DNA from: Histomonas meleagridis 2922-C6/04-290x
Lineage: Eukaryota > Protista > Parabasalia
NCBI GenBank assembly: GCA_020184695.1
Contig: JAANOX010000106.1
Location: forward strand, 1 to 64,000
Reading direction: 5' to 3'
Length of the DNA: 64,000 nucleotides
The notes beneath the pieces were generated by a model. That model saw nothing but the letters and a program-made list of their open reading frames with translations. It did no database searches and was not told the DNA's origin. The position numbers and the translations under genes were made by a program. This document shows, piece by piece, positions 46,359-58,912 of this stretch. How positions within the stretch are numbered: position 1 is the stretch's first letter; the number at the start of each line of letters is the position of its first letter.

Positions 46359-48392
46359 ATGGATTGCAAAAATGAAGAAATATTCCATTTCCTTAATTCA
46401 ACAGTTCCTTCAAATATTGAATCTGTTACATTTTCATGCAATTCATCTTTGAATGAAACCAGAAAAGAAATAATACGGAAACATAGAATAGTAAATTTAT
46501 ATAATTATTCTCTTGTTCATATTCGAGATGACAAGGACCCTGACCTCTCAGATCAGAGAGCTTCAGATGGGATTTTTAATCATACTGAAGTCAATACTTT
46601 TATTGGGGTTTCTCAACTCTCACAAAATGCGTCTTTTTTATTATCCTATCTACTAACCAATCCAGACGTTTTTGCCAAGGCTGTTTTAGACTATTCGAAA
46701 GTTTCAAATCGAAGGAACCATTTCAAACATATTATTTTTGTTTCAATTCCATCATTTTATGGCTTTTTTAGCAGCTCAGAACAACTTGATTATGCACATT
46801 GCTTCTATTACAACATTGTTGATCTTGCAACAGACCAAGAATTTGCAGCAATGATTATTGAACCATTTCTCACAAGTGTTGCAAGTTTTCGTTTTCTTGA
46901 ATCTGCTCTTACACGATTTTTTGATCAGTTTCTACTTGAATCCGTACCTAAAACCGAAGAAGAGATGATTTTGTTATCAGAAAAATATTCTCCAATTCTT
47001 CTCGACTATCTCACATCGTCTGTCAGTCTCCTTCCTGAGCAAATTCTACAGCTTTTTACCGCCATACAATCCAAAAATTGGTCACCTAAAGTATTTGCAA
47101 ATCTCGTCCTAGTTCGTTTTATATGGCCTGCAGCCCTTCGCTGGCTTGAAGCGTCGCATTGTACTACTCATCGTGCGGCTCTTAAGCGCGTTATTAGTAG
47201 TGTTGGGATCAAAAAAGATCTTTTACGCAATTTCTATCATGCGTTATTTCACACGCGTTCCACACTTGGCACGCCATTTCTGTTCCAAGACTTTAATATG
47301 TCATCCATTATGCTTTATGTATGTGTCAATGACATATTACTTATTGCGAAACTTCTCAATTCGCAAAATCTTTTATCCAAATCAGGAGTTGACATTTCTG
47401 ATTTCAAAGACATCGAACGTAATTACAAATTCACATGGTTTTGGTGTCATGCATATCCTAAAACTTCGTCCACATCAAAACCACAAGAAAACAAAATTAA
47501 GCTAAGCAAAAGAATTGTTTTCGATAATTATAAAGTGAATGAGATTGATAATCCCGAATTTTCGAGACAATTCAATGCAATGTATTCGGTCAATAGAGAC
47601 TTTTCGTTTTTATTACAACATTCTGGTAATGGTGATTTCTATAACTTCGTTTTTAACGAATGTTTAAATAAGTTAATTGGTGGCGCAAATTCATTTGAAA
47701 GTTTGATGGCATTAAAGCAAAAGCAGAAGGCACTTTTTGAATGGAAAAACGTTGCCGAATGTTGTCTATCGGTTTTGGTCGAATCGAACTTGAAGTTCTT
47801 TTCGGGGCGCCCCACAATTATGGAAAAAATGCCAAATCGGTTACAGGGTTTATGCTTCATATCGAAGATCGTACAAACAACCAAAAGTAAAATCAATGAA
47901 GAGCTTTCGAAAAGGTTTGAAGAAATAGGAAAATTTGGAGAGAAATGGGAAAAGATGTTTTCGAATATTGAAATTCAAAACGTACCATACTCAGAACAAA
48001 TTATCAATGAAATAAAATCATTACAAGAGGCGAATTTGCTACGGAAATATAAGGTGATCATGCAAGTAATGAAGGAAATGCATATTATATCAAGTGCAAA
48101 GAAAATTAAAGATAATGAAATGAGAAATATATTGAAGAAAGCACCTGGTGAAATACTCCTTAAAAGTTACGTACAAATCCACGTGCTCATCGCTAAAGAG
48201 ACATACTTCACGAAATTAAGGGGAAAAGAGGAAAGTAATTATTGGCAAATGTTCGAAGGTATGATACTCAAGTGCATATCCAAAGATAAGGATATGGCAA
48301 GCGAATTCTTTTCGAAGCAAATTGAACTATCTGAGTATTATGATAAGGTTAAAGGGAATTTGGTAAGAAATAATTCGTTTGGTCATTATTGA
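46359..48392 (+). CDS. Hypothetical 677-aa helical protein, possibly RasGAP-fold related
   Basis: Long intact ORF; SIPSFYGFFSS and NLVLVRFIWPA loosely resemble RasGAP-like folds; function not established. Confidence 0.55.
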   Translation: MDCKNEEIFHFLNSTVPSNIESVTFSCNSSLNETRKEIIRKHRIVNLYNYSLVHIRDDKDPDLSDQRASDGIFNHTEVNTFIGVSQLSQNASFLLSYLLTNPDVFAKAVLDYSKVSNRRNHFKHIIFVSIPSFYGFFSSSEQLDYAHCFYYNIVDLATDQEFAAMIIEPFLTSVASFRFLESALTRFFDQFLLESVPKTEEEMILLSEKYSPILLDYLTSSVSLLPEQILQLFTAIQSKNWSPKVFANLVLVRFIWPAALRWLEASHCTTHRAALKRVISSVGIKKDLLRNFYHALFHTRSTLGTPFLFQDFNMSSIMLYVCVNDILLIAKLLNSQNLLSKSGVDISDFKDIERNYKFTWFWCHAYPKTSSTSKPQENKIKLSKRIVFDNYKVNEIDNPEFSRQFNAMYSVNRDFSFLLQHSGNGDFYNFVFNECLNKLIGGANSFESLMALKQKQKALFEWKNVAECCLSVLVESNLKFFSGRPTIMEKMPNRLQGLCFISKIVQTTKSKINEELSKRFEEIGKFGEKWEKMFSNIEIQNVPYSEQIINEIKSLQEANLLRKYKVIMQVMKEMHIISSAKKIKDNEMRNILKKAPGEILLKSYVQIHVLIAKETYFTKLRGKEESNYWQMFEGMILKCISKDKDMASEFFSKQIELSEYYDKVKGNLVRNNSFGHY

Positions 48393-49351
48393 TTGGAAAA
48401 TGTAATAAAATATTATTTATGTTGATTTTATTTGGATTATTTCTTTACATTTAGTTCAATTTCTTTTTAGAGTTTAAAAATTAATTAAAAAAAATTCACT
48501 CAAAGATTTGGGCAATCGTTTTTTGCTACAGACAAACCTTGTCAATTTTAGTAGCAAAAAAATAATTTAGATGTCATTTTGCTGTAATTAAATTTGTTAG
48601 ATAAAAAATAGATGGAGCAAAACGTCAGATTTTGTTAAAAAAAATTATGATATTGAGATATGACCAAATAAAAAAAACAAATACATATCGTAAAAAACGA
48701 TATGCTCAATTGCATTCAATTTCGGACGGCTCCTAAAAATTTTTGATAATTATGAATGAATTGGTACCCTCCGATAGGGTACCCGGTAGCCACTTTTTTA
48801 TGTACACCCTATCGTTTTGTGACAGTTTTTACTCGTTTTTTTTACTAAGTACATGCTCGGATAAATAAACGGTCAAAAATTGTACGTTAATTTCATAAAA
48901 TAAGTGTTTTCTCGCTTGGTTGTTGTACCTGAACAGACATAAATTTAGTGAACTTCATCTACTTCTCAGAATATTGTCTCTTTAAAATTCAATATATATT
49001 TGGTCGAATCTATTATTTTTTTGATTGAACAATTGCAGATATCAAAATTTCGATTCAGTTGAACCCAAAGCAATTATTATAAAATATTTTTGCATTATCT
49101 TTGTAATGTTGTTTCCAAAATTTTTTGTTGAAGTTTTTCTTATAATGCACTTTATAATATTATTGTGTTTATTTATTTACATTTTGCTTTGTGGGGATAT
49201 TTGTTATGTTGTATATTGCCATTTCGATGATTTTCATATGTTTGTGTGTTTATATCAACTTTTGTTTTGATACAATTATTTAGATTGTTTTCTGCATACA
49301 TTCGATCTTTGAGTTGATTTTGATTATTAGCAATATATGCTTCACTATTTC

Positions 49352-51748
49352 TTAAAAATAAAGATTTGATTTTGTAGAAGAGGAATCTGAATTAGAATTT
49401 TCGTTTGTACTTTTTTCAAGGAGTAAACTTACTATTTCTGTGTAACCTAATTGTTGTGCAATTTGAAGTGCTGTTTCAAATTAGTAAAACATATTTCAAA
49501 TTATTAAAACATATTCCAAATTATTAAAACATATTCCAAATTATTAAAGCATATTCCAAATTATTAAAACATATTAAAAACTATTAAAATATATTCCAAA
49601 TTATTAAAACATATTACAAATTATTAAAACATATTCTAAATTATTAAAACATATTCTAAATTATTAAAACATATATAAAATTAATAAAACATATTCCAAA
49701 TTATTAAAACATATTATAAATTATTCAAATGAATATATTTTGCATTAACATCAATTCCTTTATCTAAAAGTAATTTTACTATTTCTATATTATTATTTCT
49801 AACTGCTATATGAAGTGCTGTTTCAAATTAGTAAAACATATTTCAAATTATTAAAACATATTCTAAATTATTAAAACATATTACAAATTATTAAAACATA
49901 TTCTAAATTATTAAAACATATATAAAATTATTAAAACATATTCCAAATTATTAAAACATATTATAAATTATTCAAATGAATATATTTTGCATTAACATCA
50001 ATTCCTTCTTTATCTAAAAGTAATTTTACTATTTCTATATTATTATTTCTAACTGCTATATGAAGTGCTGTTTCAAATTAGTAAAACATATTTCAAATTA
50101 TTAAAACATATTCTAAATTATTAAAACATATTACAAATTATTAAAACATATTCCAAATTATTAAAACATATTCTAAATTATTAAAACATATATAAAATTA
50201 ATAAAACATATTTTAAATTATTAAAACATATTTTAAATTATTCAAATGAATATATTTTGCATTAACATCAATTCCTTCTTTATCTAAAAGTAATTTTACT
50301 ATTTCTATATTATTATTTCTAACTGCTATATGAAGTGCTGTTTCAAATTATTAAAACATATTCTAAATTTTTAAAATATATTTCAAATTATTAAAATATA
50401 TTACAAATTATTAAAACATATTCCAAATTATTAAAGCATATTAAAAACTATTAAAACATATTCCAAATTATTAAAACATATTTCAAATTATTCAAATGGA
50501 TAATTTTTGCATTAACATCAATTCCTTTTTGTTCAAAAACATATTTCACAAGTTCAATATTTACTGATTCTGAAGCAAATGGCAAAATATCTTTTGGAAT
50601 GTGATTGTTTTGAAGGAAGCATTTAACGAGATATAAATTTCCATTTCTTGCTGATTCGTTTATATTATTAGCATTAACATTAATTCCTTTTTCTTCCAAA
50701 AATGCTAAAATTTCATAATTATCCTTTTTAATACAAAAACTTACTAAATCATAAGTTTTATCTTCAGACATTTTTGGTATTGATTGTGTTTTTTCTAAAT
50801 TATTTTCATAAAGATATTTAAAGATATCATTTTGATGAAATTCAATTGCTGTTTCATATGCACCTTCAAATGATGAATGATTTTGCTCACATAAATGAAT
50901 GATTTCTTCATTTCCACCTGCAACTGCATATATACCTGTGTTATTTACATTTGCATTATTCATAAGTAAATATTTAAAACAATTAATTGATCCAAAGAAT
51001 GCTGCATAATCAATTAATGTAACATTTTCTTGATTAATAAATGAACATCTTTCATATAGTGATGGCTCAATTGTTTGATTAAAATCAAAGTTTGTTTGTG
51101 ATGATATTTCTTGAAGTTTTTCGATTTCATCATTTCGAATTATTTTCGCAATTTCTCTTGGATTAACTCCTTCTTTAATATATTTCTTATGAAGTTCCCA
51201 ATCATTCTTTGAAAGTTCTTCATAATGATCCAAAAAGTATTTTTCTATTGTATCATTTCCATTAAACCCAAATGAAAAATGGTTTTGGTTTTCTTCTTTT
51301 GGTTTATAATGTGCAAAATATTTTGAATTAATGTTTTTAGTGATATTTTTATCAATTAAATTTTGTTCAATCATTTGTTCGATTAAATAATATGATTCTT
51401 GTGTGTTAATTTTAGATATACGTTTGATAAAAATTGGTATTAATTTAACTATGTTTTGATTAATTTCTTCTTCTTTCATTATGGAAGTGTCTTTAAAAAA
51501 TTTAAGAAAATATCAAATACACGCTTTTTTGATGAAAATGCATTATAAGCGATGCTACTTACAATAGTATTATATGTGTAGGAATAATTTGAATCGAATA
51601 ATTCCAATATTTTTTTAACTGACACCTGGAATTTTTCTTCAGTTAAACCGAATATAGTTTTCTCAAGCTCAATTAGGAATTTCATGCAGGTTGACAGATC
51701 ACCCAACTGTTGGTCTCCTATGTTTATGGCAGTATCATCATTAGTCAT
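49352..51748 (-). CDS. DUF3447 + ankyrin gene with minisatellite-expanded spacers (plus one frameshift near 51480)
   Basis: The ORF stops inside the first spacer; three identical or near-identical exons TALHIAVRNNNIEIVKLLLDKEGIDVNAKY; terminal exon TALQIAQQLGYTEIVSLLLEK..NLYF* ends at 49352. Confidence 0.55.
49475..50501. repeat. 20-bp minisatellite (ATTCCAAATTATTAAAACAT) forming four spacers of 260, 160, 180 and 160 nt
   Basis: Spacers at 49475-49734, 49822-49981, 50072-50251 and 50342-50501. Confidence 0.9.
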
Positions 51749-52286
51749 GTGCTTTAGCGAAATAATAAACCGGTTCAAATAATTCGACATTACGATAGAT
51801 TGAAAATTGACATGAATTTTTGTAAACAATTGGATTTGAATGGAAAACGTTTGAAGGAACACATTCGAACAAACTACTCAATTAAATTTTTGTCACTTTT
51901 TATCTGCCAACAACAAAAAAACATTTTTAATTAGAATAGACTACTGTAGTCATGATTATATTAGTAATTATTGTTTTGTTAATGAGAAACAAAAAGCATA
52001 AGAATATTGAAGAAGATGACGAAGTGAAAGTAATAGATTGGAATCGCGATATTTCAATGAATAATTCAACAACAATTTCTACAAAAAAACATTGAAGAAG
52101 ATAATAATATTTCTGCAAACTTATAAGTTTTGTAAGTAAATTCTGAATTGAATCCTAAAACAAATCTCACAGGTTAGCAGTGATATTACATAAAAAACAC
52201 AACATATCTCATGATAAAAATTTTATTCAACTAATAAATTTAAGTTTTACCGATTTTTACTTAATTAATAATCAAATATTTATATG

Positions 52287-53724
52287 CTAAACATGATTAA
52301 TGAATTTTTCTTCTTTAAAATCATCAGCAAATGGATCTTCATCAATATTATTTGTTGATGTTCCCATTGCAAATTTATTTTCTTTTTCATTTTGATTTTC
52401 TTCGAAACTTTTTGCTTCTTGTTCATTATTTATTTGTTTCTTATTATGAATTCGCACCAAAACTATGATAAGTATTGCAATTATTATAATAACGACAACT
52501 ACAACGCAAACACTTGTATTTATAATTGTGTTTTTATTATCATCTTTAATATTTTCATTTTGATATATAATTGTAAAGAAATTACTATGATAAGTAGAAT
52601 ATAAAACAACAGTATATTCTTAATAAATAAATTCACTCAAAACATATGTTAATTCAGAATTAAAAATAGAAACAGAAAATCAATTCGAATAAGTCGATTT
52701 ATAAATACTTATTGTTTGAGTAGTAGATAATGATTGTGTTAATGTTATTGTCTTCGAATATGAAAAAGTAATTGAATTTGTTACAACAAATGAAATTTCA
52801 TATGAATTTGTAAATGCATTAGATTTAATATATGCATTTGATTTCATTGATGTATTAGACTTGGTAAATGTGTTTGAGTATGTGAACGATTGCGTTGGTG
52901 GGAGACATTCATCAATGACTTGCATTTATACCGCAGAATGTTTGGCCCCTATATGAATCGATTGTTATGACACTTCTGATTAAATTATTATTATCAAATA
53001 CATTCGATGTATTCGTTGGTACTGTTTCGCCATAATAAAAAATACATGTGAGATTGCAGCATGATGCAAATGCATTGCTTCCAACTGATGTTATATTGCA
53101 TGAAATTTCGATGTTCTTCAATGAGATACAATTAGAGAATGCATTAACACCAATTGCAGTGACATTTATTGGGAATGTATATGTTTCGTTTGTGATCCCG
53201 CATGGATAACAAATAATTTTAGTGACGTTTTTATTATATAAAATCCCATCTTCATTATAATTGGAATAATTTGAGTTTTCGCCGGAAACTTTAATCATTT
53301 AAAGTTTGGAACAAAATGCGAATACAGAATTTCCAATTTCTGTTACTTTGTTTGGAATTGTAATATTTACCAACGACGTTCAATTATAAAATGCATTATT
53401 TCCAATTCTTTCCACATTTTCTCCAATAAAAACTATTTCCAAACTAGAACATGGTGTAAATGTAGAATTTGCAATTGCAGTGATTGATTGAATCATTTTG
53501 GCACTTTCCAAATTATTCTACTCATAAAAACATTCATCTTCAATTTCAGTGATGTAACCTCCAATAATAAGATTAATTGTTTCCTTTCTATATAACATTC
53601 TACTATCATAATCTGTTGAATTGGAAATAGAAAGTATTTTAGTTGAATTATCAAAAGTTGAGAATCTATTTGCGAACAATAAAACAAAAAACACTAAAAA
53701 CAAATTAATGTTTTTAGGTAGCAA
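52287..53724 (-). pseudogene. BspA-like surface protein with SNTFTK stalk, TM and DPFADDF tail, fragmented
   Basis: TpLRR fragments (FPINVTAIGVNAFSNCISL), a degenerate SNTFTK region, a hydrophobic TM, tail IDEDPFADDFKEEKFINHV*; several frameshifts and stops. Confidence 0.8.
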
Positions 53725-54104
53725 AAAGTTTTTGATAAATGAAATTTAATCAAAAACACAATAAATGTTATCATTTCTAAAAAATGAAAAATTACTTTCA
53801 TTTAATAAAAAAATTTAATGAATTTTTGCCCAAAAAATGAAAATTTCATTTTTTGTTTGTGTTGATAATAATATGTTTTTTGATCTCGTAAGGTCAATAA
53901 AGTTTGTTTGGTAAGTCGATACACAAAAAATATCTTTGCCTCGAGGCATATTTAAACATAACAAAGCCATGAGATATATTATATTATTATGCAATATTAA
54001 AACTTTTTATTAATGAAATCTTTGTCTGGTAATTACAAATAAACACCTCATTCGATGTTTATCGAAAAGTTAACAATATATTGCTGTTTATTTTACTTAT
54101 AATA

Positions 54105-57100
54105 TTATAAATCAATACTTAAAACATATTGATTATGATTTGGTTTTTCTTTTAACATATGTCCATATTTCTCGCCCATTATCTGTTTCGTGTTTTCGTC
54201 CACAGTAATTTCATTTTTCTCTGTCGTTGTTAACATTAAAATGACGTCGTTAATTACTGATCCAAAACATTGTACTTGTTTGCAACCACCAGAAACAACA
54301 GTTGCACAAAGCAAAGGTCCACCAGTAAACAAAGCCATCTTAAATCCACTACCAATTATTTCTGCGGATTCTATAGTAAAATCAACAATCGATTTCAAAT
54401 TTTGTTCAGCATTTTCTTGATCGATAACACCAGAAGCGAATATTGCAGTATCATGGATAAAGTTTACCTTCACCAAATTCGGGTATTTTAATGCAAGGTC
54501 ATGAATTCTTTTATAACCTTCTTCACTAATATTAATCGTTTCTTCATCGTAAACGTTCAACAGATTTTGAATGGCGACGACGGTTACGGTTTTCACTGTG
54601 AAGTTGATTTCTTCATTTTGATGTTTTTCGACCAGATTTTTGGGTATTAATTGTTCTTCCATTTCTTGACAAGTTTCTTTCAGCTTATTAATTCTTTTAG
54701 TTTCTTCAGCGTTTGATTTTTGTTTAGTGAACGAAATTATAAAGTTAGAGAACTTATTATGTTTCTTATCAATTACAGGGAAAACATTTGCATAAGTTGA
54801 AACCAAATCTCCATTACTATTAATAACATTTACAGGATAACTACATTGCATTTCATTATTTGTTTGGAACATAGTTTTAATCTTATCATACATATGAAAA
54901 GCGCCTTGTTCTTCAATAGACATTTCAGTATCATCTTGATTTGGGTTTTCTATTACAAGTGTTAATTTATGACCAACAATTTGTTCACTTAAATAATCGA
55001 AAGTTTTTTGGAACATTTGATTACAAGACTCAATAATATAACCTTCTCCTATACATATTATAGGGATTTCTGTTGAATTAAAAGTAATTTCACCAGTATC
55101 TAAAATTTCATCTTTACCATTAGTTTTTACGGATAATAATAAATTCTTTAATTCTGGTGTCTCTGCTATAGCTGGTGGAGGTAAATGTCTAATTAAAATC
55201 AAAACAGAATTTAATGTGTTTTGGAATCGATTTTCAATTGATAAATTTAAGAACCATAAAATAATTACAAATATTAATACTGTCAAAAGTATTAAAATGA
55301 AAGTTAATCGAATAGTAGTTATATAATTATTAAAATAATTTGATAACATCGAAGCAGAACTTGTAAAACCTCGATGAAGTTCAGCTATAGCTAAATGTAA
55401 TAGACTTATATAATTTTGTGTTAAGAAATTAGAAGTATCATCATTAATAATAATTTTAGCATAAGATAAATATAAATCAAATAAATGTTCAAGTGAATTA
55501 CAAGTGAAATATAAATGAATATTATCTGAATCAGTAGAACTACATTGGAAATCTAAATGTAAACTTTCGATTTCTGATACAATCGAATAAATTCCACTTG
55601 AAAATTTGGAATGAAATTCAGTAAATTGATTTGAATAATCATTAACTAAATTAATTAAATCTTCATCAGTAACTGTTGAAAATGATATCGAATTTATTTT
55701 ATTATACATTTTAATTTGGACAAAACTTAATATTTCAGTAATTATTGATTCTCGATAAGATCCATATATCGCTAAGTTAATGATATTCATAGATTTGTTT
55801 AATTCACTTCGAGTAATTATTACAGTAATTACAAATAATACAAAGAATAATGCAAAGATAATACCAAATGCTATCATATAACCAATTAAATTACCTCTGT
55901 TCTTACTAATTCGTGATTTGTTTTTAGTATTCGATTCATCATTTTCATAACATATTGGTTTAGATGCAGAATCTTTATATTCTGTTGATAATGTATCAAT
56001 AGCATTAAAGAATTTCTTTGTTGCACTATAAACTATATAAAACTGGATTAAACAAACAGGTAAAGCTATAAGATAAGCATAACATCCTAATATAATTATT
56101 ATAATGTTTGAATAACTTGATAATTCCCTATTATACATTTCAGGCGCACTCATTAAATCATCAATAATATAAATAGTTTCTCGATTCATACTTTCTTGTG
56201 AAGTTAATATTACTTCGAAATTATAATCATCAACAATATCTAATTGATATACATTAGTATAATCCCAAAATATATTTAAGAATGCATTCCGTAATGATAT
56301 ATTTACTCCTACTTTAGATATATTATTTAAAGTTAAAGCATCTAATACACCAAATAAATCATCGCCTTCTAAAAAGTATTTTGTTAATGAAGAATATATT
56401 AAATTATTATTATTAATAATTATATCACTCCAATATTCATAAGATGATTTATAATCATTTAAATCAATTGCTAAATTATCTTCATTTATTGCTTCTTCTG
56501 TTAATAAATTAACATAATCATCCATTGTAAATAATATATTTGTTAAATTTGCATTCTTCAAATATATTATATTCTTTAAATATGATAAACCTGTTTTAAT
56601 ATTAGCTATAGCATCATTTCGTTCATAAGAACCTATCATACCTTTTAATATTGTAGTTGCTACGAATATTAATACTATACAAACTATGATCCATACTATG
56701 AATATAATAATTTTTAATATCTTAAAGATATTATAATAATTTGGTGTATAATTCTTTGTAGCCTTTTCTAAATTATAACGTAATCGTGGCATTGAAAATA
56801 ACTTAGAAGCTATAGTTAATGATTCACCATTACCAATTTCTTCTGCTAATTTTTGTTGTACACTTTCCATAAAAGTTGTATGTGTAGTCGATGTAGACAT
56901 TATTGTAGATAATATACTATCAACATCAGCTTTCTCTAATAAGTTCCCATTTTTATCAACAATTTTCTCATAATAAATACGTGGATTTAAGATAACAAAT
57001 GAATGGAATAATTCATCATTACCTCCACGATAACCTTTGTTAAGTAATTTACTTTTCATGTTCCAATAGACACCTTTTTCATATTTACCCAAACATTCAA

Positions 57101-58649
57101 TTAAAAATCGTGAATACATTTGAGCTAATCGTGGATCACTTGGATAATGTTTAAGGATTTCTTTCCATTTAATTTTAAGACTTTTTAAGTTCGTATATAA
57201 AAATGTTAATGTGGATGGATTTAATATGTTTTCTCCATCTGCAATTTCTTTCCAAAATTGTCGTACAATATCAATTGAATTATTAGTTTCGATTTCCATT
57301 TCATTTATAAGTTGTGTCATTCCAACTGTTTCAAATGTTTCACGATTTTGTTGGATATGAATTAAACGATTCCGTAATAACTTTAATAATAATCCAGGAG
57401 ATGCATTAATCGATAATGCGTCAATACATTCTTGTAATTGGATTCGATTCGATGGTATAATAGCAATTAATGCGGCTGATTTGGCCCATAACATATCATT
57501 CTTCATTTGCTTACAGATTTGGATGGGTATAATACCATTAATAACTTTCATGTGTAAATTAGAAAATCCAACATGAATAATGGAATTGGCTTGAAATAAA
57601 GACGTAACTTTAATGTTCTCTTCTTCTTCATTTAATAAGTTTAATATCTTTTGTGACTTTTTCCCAAAAAAGATTCGATAGAATATGAACGATACATTAG
57701 CAATAAAAAATGCAATGATTATTTTGATGTAATCCGGAATGTGCACATACAAAGCAATGATATTGATGACATTATACCCAATAATCGATGTCGGAATTGA
57801 CGCAAATAATGAATTGTTAAAAAGGCTCAGAAATGGAAATGAGAGAACATAATACAAAGAAATGATCGCCCCAAAGTCTTGGAAGATGATTATGATGATT
57901 TTGAACCAACTTTCAAAAAATACTGAAAATCCATTTCCTAATATAACAATGCCAGAACAAATATATAGGTAAGTAAAACATGAGCTGTCATAAGGATTAA
58001 GATGTGAACTGGGTGTAAGTGACCCATTGAATATTTGTGTGGTATAATATACTAATAAGATACTGATGACTAAACATGGAATAAAAATTATAAAAAATGC
58101 TATGGCAATTGGGTTTTTCTCGGGTAATGATGAGAATGTGGAAGTGAACGCAAATGTTAATGGAATTACTTGGAATAATAAAACAATGTGACAAAAGAAT
58201 TTAAGAAAAAAACTCATTATTGGCTTCAACGTGCCTTTAAGTTTCACCCAAAAATATATAAATATTATGTATACTAACATTACAATAAAAATACAAAATG
58301 GAACTAATAGTCTTACAATGCTAAGGTTGTTTTCAGGGCCATATTGATAAAGTGCAAAAAAATCAAAATAGAACAAAATTCGACCAATTATATTATCTGA
58401 ACTGAAAAAACCTGGAAAAGTTGCCCAAGGTATTAAAGGAATAAATTGTAAGATAACAACTATAGCTTTTAAGATCATAAGATATTTGTCTTCAGCACTT
58501 GGTGCAACCAGTTGATCAAATAATAACGATAATGTAAAAAAGGAATCCTTCTTTTGTGTAGTTTCAAGGTCAACTTCACTTATCAATGTGTTCATTTCTG
58601 AGAATGAAGTCTGTGCTAGAATAGAACCTTCTGGTGATTGAACCTTCAT
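54105..58649 (-). CDS. Multi-pass transmembrane receptor with PAS domain and degenerate class III nucleotidyl-cyclase-like domain
   Basis: Intact 1514-aa ORF; N-terminal TM bundle, PAS IESCNQMFQKTFDYLSEQIVGH, C-terminal cyclase fold with altered motifs (VTVVAIQN, IHDTAIFASG, FTGGPLL, CFGSVIN). Confidence 0.78.
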   Translation of the reverse strand: MKVQSPEGSILAQTSFSEMNTLISEVDLETTQKKDSFFTLSLLFDQLVAPSAEDKYLMILKAIVVILQFIPLIPWATFPGFFSSDNIIGRILFYFDFFALYQYGPENNLSIVRLLVPFCIFIVMLVYIIFIYFWVKLKGTLKPIMSFFLKFFCHIVLLFQVIPLTFAFTSTFSSLPEKNPIAIAFFIIFIPCLVISILLVYYTTQIFNGSLTPSSHLNPYDSSCFTYLYICSGIVILGNGFSVFFESWFKIIIIIFQDFGAIISLYYVLSFPFLSLFNNSLFASIPTSIIGYNVINIIALYVHIPDYIKIIIAFFIANVSFIFYRIFFGKKSQKILNLLNEEEENIKVTSLFQANSIIHVGFSNLHMKVINGIIPIQICKQMKNDMLWAKSAALIAIIPSNRIQLQECIDALSINASPGLLLKLLRNRLIHIQQNRETFETVGMTQLINEMEIETNNSIDIVRQFWKEIADGENILNPSTLTFLYTNLKSLKIKWKEILKHYPSDPRLAQMYSRFLIECLGKYEKGVYWNMKSKLLNKGYRGGNDELFHSFVILNPRIYYEKIVDKNGNLLEKADVDSILSTIMSTSTTHTTFMESVQQKLAEEIGNGESLTIASKLFSMPRLRYNLEKATKNYTPNYYNIFKILKIIIFIVWIIVCIVLIFVATTILKGMIGSYERNDAIANIKTGLSYLKNIIYLKNANLTNILFTMDDYVNLLTEEAINEDNLAIDLNDYKSSYEYWSDIIINNNNLIYSSLTKYFLEGDDLFGVLDALTLNNISKVGVNISLRNAFLNIFWDYTNVYQLDIVDDYNFEVILTSQESMNRETIYIIDDLMSAPEMYNRELSSYSNIIIIILGCYAYLIALPVCLIQFYIVYSATKKFFNAIDTLSTEYKDSASKPICYENDESNTKNKSRISKNRGNLIGYMIAFGIIFALFFVLFVITVIITRSELNKSMNIINLAIYGSYRESIITEILSFVQIKMYNKINSISFSTVTDEDLINLVNDYSNQFTEFHSKFSSGIYSIVSEIESLHLDFQCSSTDSDNIHLYFTCNSLEHLFDLYLSYAKIIINDDTSNFLTQNYISLLHLAIAELHRGFTSSASMLSNYFNNYITTIRLTFILILLTVLIFVIILWFLNLSIENRFQNTLNSVLILIRHLPPPAIAETPELKNLLLSVKTNGKDEILDTGEITFNSTEIPIICIGEGYIIESCNQMFQKTFDYLSEQIVGHKLTLVIENPNQDDTEMSIEEQGAFHMYDKIKTMFQTNNEMQCSYPVNVINSNGDLVSTYANVFPVIDKKHNKFSNFIISFTKQKSNAEETKRINKLKETCQEMEEQLIPKNLVEKHQNEEINFTVKTVTVVAIQNLLNVYDEETINISEEGYKRIHDLALKYPNLVKVNFIHDTAIFASGVIDQENAEQNLKSIVDFTIESAEIIGSGFKMALFTGGPLLCATVVSGGCKQVQCFGSVINDVILMLTTTEKNEITVDENTKQIMGEKYGHMLKEKPNHNQYVLSIDL

Positions 58650-58912
58650 TGAGTTACAATAACGTTTTTTCGTAATTTTACAGTTTTTCCATACAAAAAT
58701 TTGTGATAAAGGTACTTTTCAATGGAATTGTTTGTGGGCTCATGATCGATCAATCTTGTGGTCTGGCTGCAATATTATAAAAACAAATCATTACATGTAA
58801 TTTTCTATTAAATGATAACATATTTTTGAATTTAAAAATGAGATATAGTTTTGATCAGAAAAGATTAAATTTTAACGAAAAAAAATACTTGTAAAGTTAA
58901 AAAAATGTTTAA

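Noticed and set aside
40934-50501. CRISPR-like repeat-spacer arrays
   Set aside because: The context is eukaryotic, the conserved parts encode ankyrin repeats, the spacers are related to each other, and there are no cas genes.
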